NCBI GenBank assembly: GCA_958296135.2
Contig: CATQHZ020000001.1
Location: 512,001-576,000, forward strand
From: an uncultured Poribacteria bacterium
GTDB taxonomy: Bacteria > Poribacteria > WGA-4E > WGA-3G
DNA: 64,000 bases
Direction of reading: 5' to 3'
The stretch's first letter is position 1. Every line of letters starts with the position of its first letter. The position numbers and the translations under genes are program-made. The notes under the pieces are model-generated. The model ran no database searches and had not been told where the DNA came from. It worked only from the letters and a program-made list of their open reading frames with translations. Below, in pieces: positions 1 through 9,026 of this stretch.

Positions 1-2
1 AC

Positions 3-245
3 ATCGCGGAAGAAGACCTGGGTATCCGGGGGCCCGGCGAATTCTTCGGCACGAAGCAATCCGGTATCCCTAACTTTAAGATTGCCAATATTCTCAGCGA
101 TGTGTCGCTTTTGGAAGCGGCGAAGAAGGAGGCGGCGCGCGTGGTGAAGGCGGATGCGAAACTGAAAGCATCGGAACATCAGCTACTGAAACAACTGTTG
201 CAAACGTCGATGCGAAGTGTCATGGAGATGGCATCGATTGGATAA
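3..245 (+). CDS. recG: ATP-dependent DNA helicase RecG, C-terminal fragment (gene starts before the window)
   Basis: Frame 3 reads IAEEDLGIRGPGEFFGTKQSGIPNFKIAN..., matching the RecG TRG motif (DLxxRGPGExxGxxQSG); stop TAA at 243-245. Confidence 0.9.
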   Translation: MAEEDLGIRGPGEFFGTKQSGIPNFKIANILSDVSLLEAAKKEAARVVKADAKLKASEHQLLKQLLQTSMRSVMEMASIG

Positions 246-1535
246 GGCGCGGGTTCCCCTCGTGATCTCCCGACCGGTACGAAAACCACCACTTATTACG
301 TAGCGCGAGGGCCGTTACGCCGAAACTTTGTCATCTCTGCAGTCCCGCTGCAGAGATGTCCACTGTCCCTCGCGATCTCCCGACCTGAACGAAAAACGCC
401 CGCAACCCAGCGGCCGCGAACGTTTTTTGATGCGATCGAGCCTGGCGAGGCACAGGCCCTCGCCCTACGGTGAAAAGGCGCGGGGGCCCGGCGATCACGA
501 ATCGCCGAGGGTTCCCCTCGCGATCTCCCGACCTGAACGAAAAACGCCCGCAACCCAGCGGCCGCGAACGCTTTCTGGTGCGACCGATGCACGGCGAGGG
601 ACAGGCCCTCGCCCTACGGTGAAAAGGCGCGGGGGCCCGGCGATCACGAATCGGCGCGGGTTCCCCCCGCGATCTTTCAACGACACGAAAACCGGCCCTT
701 TTACCGTAGCGCGAGGGCCGTTACGCCGAAACGTTGTCATCTCTGCCGCCTCGCTGCAGAGATGTCCACTGTCCCTCGCGATCTCCCGACCTGAACGAAA
801 AACGCCCGCAGCCCCGAGGCCGCGAACGCTTTCTGATGCGATCGGTGCATGGCGAGGGACAGGCCCTCGCCCTACGGTGAAAAGGCGCGGGGGCCCGGCG
901 ATCACGAATCGCCGAGGGTTCCCCTCGCGATCTTTCAACGACACGAAAACCGGCCCTTTTACCGTAGCGCGAGGGCCGTTACGCCGAAACGTTGTCATCT
1001 CTGCCGCCTCGCTGCAGAGATGTCCACTGTCCCTCGCGATCTCCCGACCTGAACGAAAAACGCCCGCAGCCCCGAGGCCGCGAACGCTTTCTGATGCGAT
1101 CGATGCATGGCGAGGCACAGGACCTCGCCCTACGGTGAAAAGGCGCGAGTGCCCGGCGATCGCGAATCGCCGAGGGTTCCCCTCGCGATCTCTCAACGAC
1201 ACGAAAAACGCCCGCAACCCAGCGGCCGCGAACGCTTTCTGATGTGATCGCTGCACGGCGAGGGCCTGTCCCCCGCGATCGCCTCTCACTACCGTAGCGC
1301 GAGGGCCTGTCCCTCGCGATCTCTCGACCTACGCGAAAACCGTCCGCAGCTCAGAGGCCCCGGACGGTTTTTCTTTAGACCGATGCCTGGCGAGGCACAG
1401 GACCTCGCCCTACGGGCTGCGGGGCCGCTTTGCTTCCGCTCATCGACACGAAAAACGCCCGCAACCCAGCGGCCGCGGACGCTTTCTGATGCGATCGATG
1501 CCTGGCGAGGCACAGGACCTCGCCCTACGGTAACA
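246..1535. repeat. Array of GTAG-type REP-like palindromes, including ~258-bp tandem units
   Basis: Alternating GTAGCGCGAGGGCC..TGTCCCTCGCGAT and inverted ATGGCGAGGGACAGGCCCTCGCCCTACGGT; composite copies start at 300, 706 and 964 (706 to 964 = 258 bp). Confidence 0.9.
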
Positions 1536-1546
1536 GTGGCGTTTTC

Positions 1547-4093
1547 CTACTTCCGTATCACCATCTTTCGCGTCGCCGAGAAATCACCCGCGGACAGCGT
1601 GTAGAAATACACGCCACTCGCAACCGGCTCTCCCTGCGCATTGCGGCCATCCCAATACGCCGCACGGGCCTGCGTCTGATACACACCCGCAGGCATCTGA
1701 CCTAACGCCAGCGTGCGGACTAACTTCCCATCTGCCGCGTAGATGGAAAGCGTCACTTCAGCAGCCTTTGCCAACTGATACGGTATCCACGTTTCCGGGT
1801 TGAACGGATTCGGATAGTTGGCAAGCAGCGCGGTTTGTTTCGGCGTTAGACTTGCGAGGAGCTGCTGCAGCACGGCGATGCCGCGTTGATACGCGGGGTT
1901 TGCGAGATCTAGCCGTCGCGCCTGCGCGAGCCACTGTTGCACATCCGCCGCCCGTAGGAGAGACCTCCCGGTCTCGATTTCCCCTTGTAGGAGAGCCCTC
2001 CCGGTCTCGATGCTCCCGGTCCTGATATGCCACCGCGCGAACCCCGGCGCACCCGCTGCCTCCCCAAACGCCGCTGCCACCAACACCAGATCCTGAATGT
2101 TGACAACGCCATCGCCGTTGACATCGGCCGGATTGTCTGCACTTGTCTGCCCGAACTGCGCGGCGACAAGCGTTAAGTCCAGAATGTCCACCACGCCATC
2201 GCCGTTGATATCTTCGGCGACTTGCACCGGTGTGGGTGCAGACGGTGCAATGTCCCAGAGGAGGATGGTGGCATCGTAACTGCCACTTGCGAGCGTGTTT
2301 CCATCCGGGCTGAACGCAACGCTCTCGACATTGCCCGTATGGCCGGTGAGGGTTTGGCGTGTGTCGCCGGTGACCACATCCCACACACGGATTTCTTCCC
2401 AACTCGCACTTGCGAGTGTGTTTCCATCGGGGCTGAACGCAACGCTATTGACAAAGCCCGTATGGCCGGTGAGAGTTTGGCGTGTGTCGCCGGTGGTGAC
2501 ATCCCACACACGGATGGTGTTGTCCCTACTGCCACTTGCGAGTGTGTTTCCATCGGGGCTGAACGCAACGCTATAGACACCGCGCGTATGGCCGGTGAGA
2601 GTTTGGCGTGTGTCGCCGGTGGTGACATCCCACAGACGGAGGGTGTTGTCCCCACTGCCAGTGGCGAGTGTGTTTCCGTCGGGGCTGAACGCAACGCTAT
2701 CGACACGCCACGTATGGCCGGTGAGTGTGTTTAGTGTGTCGCCGGTGGCCACATCCCACAGACGGACGGTGTTGTCATGACTCGCACTTGCGAGTGTGTT
2801 TCCATCGGGGCTGAACGCAACGCTATCGACAGTACCGGTATGGCCGGTGAGAGTTTGGCGTGTGTCGCCGGTGGCGACATCCCACAGCCGGCCGGTGTTG
2901 TCCCAGCTCCCACTTGCGAGTGTGTTTCCATCGGGGCTGAACGCAACGCTATCGACAGTACCGGTATGGCCGGTGAGAGTTTGGCGTGTGTCGCCGGTGG
3001 CGACATCCCACAGACGGATGGTGCTGTCATAACTCCCACTTGCGAGTGTGTTTCCATCAGGGCTGAACGCAATGCTAGAGACAGAGTCCGTATGGCCGGT
3101 GAGTGTGTTTAGTGTGTCGCCGGTGGTGACATCCCACAGCCGGACGGTGTCGTCCCAACTGCCACTTGCGAGTGTGTTTCCATCAGGGCTGAACGCAATG
3201 CTAGAGACCCAGCCCGTATGGCCGGTGAGTGTGTTTAGTGTGTCGCCGGTGGTGACATCCCACAGCCGGACGGTGTTGTCCCAGCTCCCACTTGCGAGTG
3301 TGTTTCCATCTGGGCTGAACGCAACGCTCCTGACACGCCACGTATGGCCGGTGAGTGTGTTTAGTGTGTCGCCGGTGGCGACATCCCACAGCCGGACGGT
3401 GCCGTCCGAACTGCCACTTGCGAGTGTGTTTCCATCTGGGCTGAACGCAACGCTATAGACCCAGTCGGTATGGCCGGTGAGTGTGTTTAGTGTGTCGCCG
3501 GTGGCGACATCCCACAGCCGGACGGTGGTGTCCCTACTCGCACTTGCGAGCGTGTTTCCATCGGGGCTGAACGCAACGCTAGAGACCCAGTGCGTATGTC
3601 CGGTGAGTGTGTTTAGTGTGTCGCCGGTGGCGACATCCCATAGGCGGAGGGTTTTGTCCTCACTGCCAGTGGCGAGTGTGTTTCCATCCGGGCTGAACGC
3701 AACGCTATAGACATCGCGGGTATGTCCGGTGAGTGTGTTTAGTGTGTCGCCGGTGACGACATCCCACAGCCGGACGGTGTTGTCCCAACTCCCACTTGCG
3801 AGCGTGTTTCCATCGGGACTGAACGCAACGCTATAGACACTGTCCGTATGCCCGGTGAGCAGTGCTACTTCTTGGTAAGTTGCGGTATCGTAGAGCCAAA
3901 TCCCGATGTCACTCGCAACGGCTAGCAGGGTGCCATCCGGAGAATACGCAATCTCGTTGATGCGGCCTTTGCCGAGGCGCATTGTGGCCCCTTCGGGTAA
4001 TTCCAACCGCTGGTAATCTTGGGCGGTGGCGGGTGTCAGTGCCATCGTGGCGGTTAATAGCAGGGTTAAGGTTAAAAGCGTTAATGTTTTCAT
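1547..4093 (-). CDS. Secreted WD40-repeat protein with dockerin-like (EF-hand) domain and FlgD/T9SS-like C-terminal domain
   Basis: Signal peptide; ~13 near-identical repeats GHT..V.SVAFSPDGNTLASGS.D.TVRLWD; DINGDGVVDILDL/DVNGDGVVNIQDL; LLANYPNPFNPETWIPY...SGVYFYTL. Confidence 0.92.
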   Translation of the reverse strand: MKTLTLLTLTLLLTATMALTPATAQDYQRLELPEGATMRLGKGRINEIAYSPDGTLLAVASDIGIWLYDTATYQEVALLTGHTDSVYSVAFSPDGNTLASGSWDNTVRLWDVVTGDTLNTLTGHTRDVYSVAFSPDGNTLATGSEDKTLRLWDVATGDTLNTLTGHTHWVSSVAFSPDGNTLASASRDTTVRLWDVATGDTLNTLTGHTDWVYSVAFSPDGNTLASGSSDGTVRLWDVATGDTLNTLTGHTWRVRSVAFSPDGNTLASGSWDNTVRLWDVTTGDTLNTLTGHTGWVSSIAFSPDGNTLASGSWDDTVRLWDVTTGDTLNTLTGHTDSVSSIAFSPDGNTLASGSYDSTIRLWDVATGDTRQTLTGHTGTVDSVAFSPDGNTLASGSWDNTGRLWDVATGDTRQTLTGHTGTVDSVAFSPDGNTLASASHDNTVRLWDVATGDTLNTLTGHTWRVDSVAFSPDGNTLATGSGDNTLRLWDVTTGDTRQTLTGHTRGVYSVAFSPDGNTLASGSRDNTIRVWDVTTGDTRQTLTGHTGFVNSVAFSPDGNTLASASWEEIRVWDVVTGDTRQTLTGHTGNVESVAFSPDGNTLASGSYDATILLWDIAPSAPTPVQVAEDINGDGVVDILDLTLVAAQFGQTSADNPADVNGDGVVNIQDLVLVAAAFGEAAGAPGFARWHIRTGSIETGRALLQGEIETGRSLLRAADVQQWLAQARRLDLANPAYQRGIAVLQQLLASLTPKQTALLANYPNPFNPETWIPYQLAKAAEVTLSIYAADGKLVRTLALGQMPAGVYQTQARAAYWDGRNAQGEPVASGVYFYTLSAGDFSATRKMVIRK

Positions 4094-4111
4094 CGGATTT
4101 CTCCTTTTGGG

Positions 4112-4340
4112 TATCGGGACCGGGATGTCCCTCCTACTGTCGAGACCAGAGGTCTCTCCTACTGAAGATGTCGGGACAAGGATGTCCCTCCTACTGTTCG
4201 AGACCAGAGGTCTCTCCTACTGAAGATGTCGGGACCAGATGTCCCTCCTACTGTCGAGACCAGAGGTCTCTCCTACTGAAGATGTCGGGACAAGGATGTC
4301 CCTCCTACTGAAGTATCGGGACCCGGTGGTCGCGCCTACT
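4112..4340. repeat. Tandem array of a second REP-like family (GTAGGAGGGACATCC..GTCCCGA / GTAGGAGAGACCTCTGGTCTCG on the minus strand)
   Basis: Alternating tcgggac..ggatgtccctcctactg and cgagaccagaggtctctcctactgaagatg units, ~58-60 bp period. Confidence 0.88.
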
Positions 4341-4414
4341 GAGTTGTGGGCGGGCTGGTGTGCCCGCCCGTGTGTTCGGTTGTCTGAATTCAGACAGTTC
4401 CGAAGGCGGATTGC

Positions 4415-5887
4415 CTACGATGAGACATACCGGACGATATCCGCCAACGTTAGTTCGTTGGGTCCTTGGGTGACGTTGCTATCTGGTTGCCAGTTGTCCT
4501 CTCTCAAGAACGTGTCGTGGTGGACGAGCATCGCGCCAAAGACCTCCATGAGGATAGCGGAGCCGACGGGCCCTAGGCGATCGCCGCCGCCTCGGATCCC
4601 TGCCTCCCGCATGAGGTAAAGGAAGAGCGGCGTGTGATTTTCAAGTCCGTTAAGGGCGGCTCCCGCCAGAATCTCACCGAACCGGAGGTCCTGATTGGGA
4701 TCAATCGGGTATCCTCGGTCTGCTAGTGCTCTCGCGACACGCTGTCCGCTTGGCAATCCCAGGACATATCCTCGGAGGAGGTTCCGGAACGCCAATGCCC
4801 GGTCGTTCTGTGGCGCATTCTGCCCAACAACCGGATCCGGCAGGCGAATCAATTTATCCGCCAGCAGATGGTCAATGGCTTTGGAGTTCACGTAGGGCTG
4901 ATGGGGGTTTACATCCAAAAGGAACCGCCAATCAACGGTAAGTTCTGGTGGTACCTGGCTGAGCCCAACGGTGCCGAATCGTTCGTCAAAAATCTCGATC
5001 GACGGATAGTTCTCGTTGACAGGATACTGCGAGCGCACCATGGAATGCCCGAAGCGGTAGGCCGCGACAGAGAATTCAATGGGCATGACAATCCGGCCAG
5101 ATGCATCGGGTTGCAGTAAGAAGAATGCAGTATCCCCGGCCAGAATCCTTTCTAAGCCGAGGTTGTAAACCTCTGCATTACAGATGCGCTCCAAGAAGTC
5201 GTGAAGCACGATGTACTGGTAGTGGTACCGCACATCCCTTTGCACGTCCTCAAAGCGAAGCGGAAGATGCTGCTGATTCGCGTCCTCAACGCCGCTGTTA
5301 TCATGTTGAATGAGCAGATCAATGATGCGGCGATTATGAAAGCGTAAAAACAATAGGTGCATCTGCGAGAGAAAGATGTTTTCGTCGTTGCGCGGGTCGC
5401 CGATCAAAGCGGTGTTATTCGCGTGGCGTGGCACATCGTCGGTATTCACGGTGTTTCCAACGACGAACCGTCCGGATCCGTCTGGTTCATATAGTAGCGA
5501 TGACACGCCGGGGCCGAATCCATAGACAGAATCCAGATCGAGGGATGCCGAACGGAAATTCGGTAACCTTTCGATTTCGTGTATGGGCAGCGGCCGACTA
5601 TCTAGTTCGCTTATACCTTCAAGCGTGATGTCGTGGTCGACGAACTGCGCGAAGAACGTATAGGCAGCAGGAATAGAACTGTTACGGGAACTGTTGTCGG
5701 CATCGTGCATCACGCCATTCTGGGCACCGAGCGCGGCCGCTATCTCCCTAGCCCTACCCCGATTTGGAATCTCAGCGTCGTCCGCCCATGTCATTGGGAT
5801 GTTCAGCAATCTGCCGAAATTCCCTAGGCGGAGATGGTTACAGCCAATTGCTCTAGCTGTGCCATGCATAGGTCTTCCTCCATTCAT
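4415..5887 (-). CDS. Animal-type heme peroxidase (peroxidase-cyclooxygenase superfamily)
   Basis: Distal motif YTFFAQFVDHDIT, GDPRNDEN, proximal AYRFGHSM, RNLLRG..LGLPSGQ, TPLFLYLMREA. Confidence 0.88.
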   Translation of the reverse strand: MNGGRPMHGTARAIGCNHLRLGNFGRLLNIPMTWADDAEIPNRGRAREIAAALGAQNGVMHDADNSSRNSSIPAAYTFFAQFVDHDITLEGISELDSRPLPIHEIERLPNFRSASLDLDSVYGFGPGVSSLLYEPDGSGRFVVGNTVNTDDVPRHANNTALIGDPRNDENIFLSQMHLLFLRFHNRRIIDLLIQHDNSGVEDANQQHLPLRFEDVQRDVRYHYQYIVLHDFLERICNAEVYNLGLERILAGDTAFFLLQPDASGRIVMPIEFSVAAYRFGHSMVRSQYPVNENYPSIEIFDERFGTVGLSQVPPELTVDWRFLLDVNPHQPYVNSKAIDHLLADKLIRLPDPVVGQNAPQNDRALAFRNLLRGYVLGLPSGQRVARALADRGYPIDPNQDLRFGEILAGAALNGLENHTPLFLYLMREAGIRGGGDRLGPVGSAILMEVFGAMLVHHDTFLREDNWQPDSNVTQGPNELTLADIVRYVSS

Positions 5888-6145
5888 TGTTTTTCCTTCC
5901 TTTAGTTAATAGCAATAGTTGTATCGCTGCGTTATGAAACATGCGAAAGGACGTGACATCGTTTCGCGGCTGTTCGTTCGGGCTCGGCAGGGACTCAGCG
6001 TATCTGAGTTTGCGCGAGCCCGCACGAAGGACAATCATTCGGTATCCGGTAGAGACGGCGCGCTGCCGCGCTCAGTGTCTTTCGGAAGAGACGGGCCCTC
6101 GGGACAAAGTGGTGCTAGCAAGCGCAGTGCCACTTTGCCCCGGAC

Positions 6146-6484
6146 CTATTTGAAATGAGCTTCCTTGCTATTCGTCTTCGCGTGAACACGCACCCCCGTA
6201 AGCCAATCGGGGACATCTGTCACGATGTATTTAGCGCTGAGTGTCAACCCCGGCTGTGAATTTTCCTGCGGTGGGTCCGCGACAAAGGCAAAGTCCCAGG
6301 TACCATCGGGTGGTGGCTGCACGTAGATGTAAGGAACGAGTTCCGGATTTGTCCGTCCCGTAGATGTCACTTCGCCTTCTGCGACGATTAAGAGCGCGTC
6401 AACACCCCTATCGGTTTTGATAAACGACAGACAAACATTCTTGACAGCATGGACTTTGGTTCCTCTCCCATTGTTGTTATTCAT
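6146..6484 (-). CDS. Small conserved hypothetical protein (~112 aa)
   Basis: RBS AGGAGGAAGG before ATG at 6484; LLIVAEGEVTSTGRTNPELVPYIYVQPPPDGTWDFAFVADPP...LTGVRVHAKTN looks like a folded beta-rich domain. Confidence 0.72.
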   Translation of the reverse strand: MNNNNGRGTKVHAVKNVCLSFIKTDRGVDALLIVAEGEVTSTGRTNPELVPYIYVQPPPDGTWDFAFVADPPQENSQPGLTLSAKYIVTDVPDWLTGVRVHAKTNSKEAHFK

Positions 6485-6656
6485 CGTCCTTCCTCCTTTT
6501 GAGCGTGAGTGTTCCGCGGTGCCTCTCTGCGGCGGCAGTCGCGGTATCGGGTAAAACACAGTTTCCAATGTGCGGCCGCTGTTGGCTGTCCGGCGGCCGC
6601 GCGTTGGTAGGTTCTATCTGTCCGTAGGCGCGCTTTGCAGGCGCGCCTACCGGGTG

Positions 6657-7397
6657 TTATGATACGGGTGTGGATTCAACATAGTTGACATATTCGTAAG
6701 CGTCATCGCCAAGGGCGCCGGTATTATCAACCGACTCGACAGTGAACTCTTCAGGCCAGGGGTTTAACTGCGCGTCCTCGCCTGCAAGGTGCGCTCTTTG
6801 GCCCGGATGTACTTCCTGCCATTGTGCCCAGAGGCGGTCTACTTGCGCGTGATGGAACCAAAACGCGGGGTCGCGCGGTGAGGCCATCGTATTCATGTGG
6901 CCCCCAATCCACACGTGTCCATCGTTGTGCGGCCCGGTTTCAAGACTTCGCGTGAATTGATAATAGCTCATCTGAGATAGGATCGCTTCAACTTGCGCCT
7001 CGCTAGTGAACCAGGGCATTCTCCCTGGTTCAGGTTGCTCATCTTGGCGGGTCCCGGGATTTCTTGTCCATCTTGAGCCCTCCGGGAAATCATTTGGATC
7101 GGAGAATCCCTCCAACCGACCTCCATCAGCGTTCCAATCCCAGTAAGGAATTGACAAGGAATCATCAATCTCGCGAAGTGCCCGCTCAAAAACGATGAGG
7201 TAGGCACGATGCCACGGCAAGAATCGCTGATAGCCTACCGGGCCCGCCATGCCTCCGTGCATACGATGGCTGCGATTCGTATGAATGTCAACCAACTCTC
7301 TGTATCTTTCGTCTTCCATTAACGTTGAGATAGCGTTGTTCAAGGCACCCCAATTTTCGGGCGTTAATGCCAACGTGCTTTGACGTTGAATTAGCAT
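6657..7397 (-). CDS. Tyrosinase family type-3 copper protein
   Basis: CuA: DIH..HRMH..FLPWHRAYL; CuB: PHNDGHVWIGGHM...SPRDPAFWFHHAQVDRLW; RBS AGGAG. Confidence 0.92.
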   Translation of the reverse strand: MLIQRQSTLALTPENWGALNNAISTLMEDERYRELVDIHTNRSHRMHGGMAGPVGYQRFLPWHRAYLIVFERALREIDDSLSIPYWDWNADGGRLEGFSDPNDFPEGSRWTRNPGTRQDEQPEPGRMPWFTSEAQVEAILSQMSYYQFTRSLETGPHNDGHVWIGGHMNTMASPRDPAFWFHHAQVDRLWAQWQEVHPGQRAHLAGEDAQLNPWPEEFTVESVDNTGALGDDAYEYVNYVESTPVS

Positions 7398-7622
7398 TCT
7401 TAAACTCCTTGTGTCGTCCCATCACCGTGACTGTCGCACCGGTGATGGGGTGCAAATTTCCGCGTAACCTTTTCTGAGAGGCATGATGCGGAAGTGGGTT
7501 AAAAGCATAGTTGTCACTGTTACAGTGCCACTCGTTACGTCTATTGATAGCCCAAGTGCGCGATGCCAAAAAGAGGCGGCACCAGCCATCGCGCCGCGAA
7601 AGCGGCCAGAACCAGCCCGAAT

Positions 7623-8363
7623 TTAATGTTGTCTCTGGTAAACCGCGCTCACACCCGTTCTGGGCCAAAACAGGCTGAGGTGTTTCCCATCCCACGTATA
7701 GGTGCTCAACGATGGATTGGAACCCCCATCAGGAGTCCATTGGATAGTCCCTTTCCGCTCATCAAACGGTGCAATCAGTTCATACGCCCCTGACAAAAAG
7801 TCATCAGAGATGGTTTCTAGGATTTCTCCGATTACCTCCTGCTCCGCTTGTTGTTGTGAGAATGTTGTTGTTGTGAGGCGCAGCGTGCCGGTGACTTCCA
7901 AACGCTCGCCGCGTACTTCATAGCGCGTGAGTTCGTAAGCACCACTCAGCGTTTGCACCACTCGGTAGGCTTTGGAGAAAACGAGGACAGACGCTGACTT
8001 TGACACGTTTTCCTCACTGATGCCATCCCGCACATATACTTTGACAGAAATGCCGGTCGGTGGCACCACCGGGTCGATCGGCAGTGGCGGTGCCGTCCAC
8101 TGCACCTCGGGTCCTGTTTCTAAAATCAAGGTGCCGCCGGAGACCTCCCATTCGTAAGTCAGGGTATCGTCTTCCGGATCAAACACTCTGACGCGAAATT
8201 CAACAGTGTCGCCATACTGCACCTCGTTTGGGACAGTGAAACTGTTGATTTTCGGCGGGTCGTTGGTTAACTTTCTGTATTCGCCGCAGCCACTCCCTAT
8301 CACGAGTAGGCTGAGGGCTACCACGTAGGTTGTGAGCTGTCCACAGCGTGAAAACACTTTCAT
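7623..8363 (-). CDS. Lipoprotein with Ig/PKD-like domain and a C-terminal beta-rich (lipocalin-like) domain
   Basis: MKVFSR...LLVIGSGC lipobox; NDPPKI...DPEDDTLTYEWEVSGG..VQWTAP; start placed at ATG 8363 after AAGGA. Confidence 0.7.
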   Translation of the reverse strand: MKVFSRCGQLTTYVVALSLLVIGSGCGEYRKLTNDPPKINSFTVPNEVQYGDTVEFRVRVFDPEDDTLTYEWEVSGGTLILETGPEVQWTAPPLPIDPVVPPTGISVKVYVRDGISEENVSKSASVLVFSKAYRVVQTLSGAYELTRYEVRGERLEVTGTLRLTTTTFSQQQAEQEVIGEILETISDDFLSGAYELIAPFDERKGTIQWTPDGGSNPSLSTYTWDGKHLSLFWPRTGVSAVYQRQH

Positions 8364-8567
8364 AAGATTCTGGTCCTTTCTTGTCAGGTTTCCAACAGCA
8401 GTCCCCGGTAGCTCAGTGAGGGTTACTGTTAGGGAAATCTTGTCCTCGGGAAAACATGCACCGGGAAAGAATCCCCAAGGCACGAACAGAAACACCCCAC
8501 CTACGCAAAGAATGCGTGTGGGGTCGATGGCAAAATGCCGAATATCAACGCTGTCAAGCGAAGAAAT

Positions 8568-8750
8568 TTACTTAACGCCAGTGAAGTTAAGGGGGGGGGT
8601 GAAGCCTCCCTTTTGGGCATCAAGGCGAACGGGAACACGTGACGGCGCGACAACAGGCATAGACGCACGGCAAGCGTGCATCTCACGGTGCCCAAGCAGG
8701 GCTACGGTAACCTTTTTAGCAGTGGAAGTATTCTGCATTCGCTGGTTCAC
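8568..8750 (-). CDS. Possible small ORF / leader peptide (60 aa) in the long region upstream of the lipoprotein
   Basis: GTG start preceded by GAGGAA, downstream of a consensus promoter; no recognisable domain. Confidence 0.3.
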   Translation of the reverse strand: MNQRMQNTSTAKKVTVALLGHREMHACRASMPVVAPSRVPVRLDAQKGGFTPPLNFTGVK

Positions 8751-8821
8751 GTTGTCGTTCCTCGTTTCGTATTGGTAGGTGGGACCTCGGTTGCAGGCCG
8801 ATTTCCACCTTCGTAACGTTA

Positions 8822-8850
8822 ATTATACCACAAAAATGAGCGGATGTCAA
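8822..8850 (-). promoter_or_regulatory. Consensus sigma70 promoter
   Basis: Minus strand TTGACA-N17-TATAAT with extended -10 TG (ttgacatccgctcatttttgtggtataat). Confidence 0.8.
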
Positions 8851-9026
8851 ATTTTTATTGGAAAAATCTGCATTATTTAAGATTTTATCATTTATTTTTA
8901 ATTTTATCAAGAAAATTCATCCACATTTCGAGACAATTTTCCTTTAAAAGTTGCCATCGTGGTGCATTGTCGCATTTTTCGCGATTTTTGTCAAGTTTTA
9001 ATCGCGGGTTTTCCAAACAGAAATTC

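Noticed and set aside
296-1604. Long ORFs (304 aa, 264 aa and others) in the repeat array; also ORFs at 22735-23404 and 45977-46567
   Set aside because: These are translations of tandem palindromic repeats, open on both strands, with no RBS or domain signal.
2260-3860. 126-bp near-identical DNA repeats as a DGR template/variable pair
   Set aside because: Ordinary in-frame WD40 repeat expansion; differences are not adenine-specific and there is no reverse transcriptase in the window.
4112-4340. Possible CRISPR array; likewise 47152-47307
   Set aside because: Adjacent REP-like units with only 3-8 nt linkers and no unique spacers.
8770-8815. c-di-GMP-II riboswitch-like words (GGAA..TGCAACCG) in the leader hairpin
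   Set aside because: The spacing is far too short to hold the kink-turn and pseudoknot elements; kept only as an unassigned hairpin.
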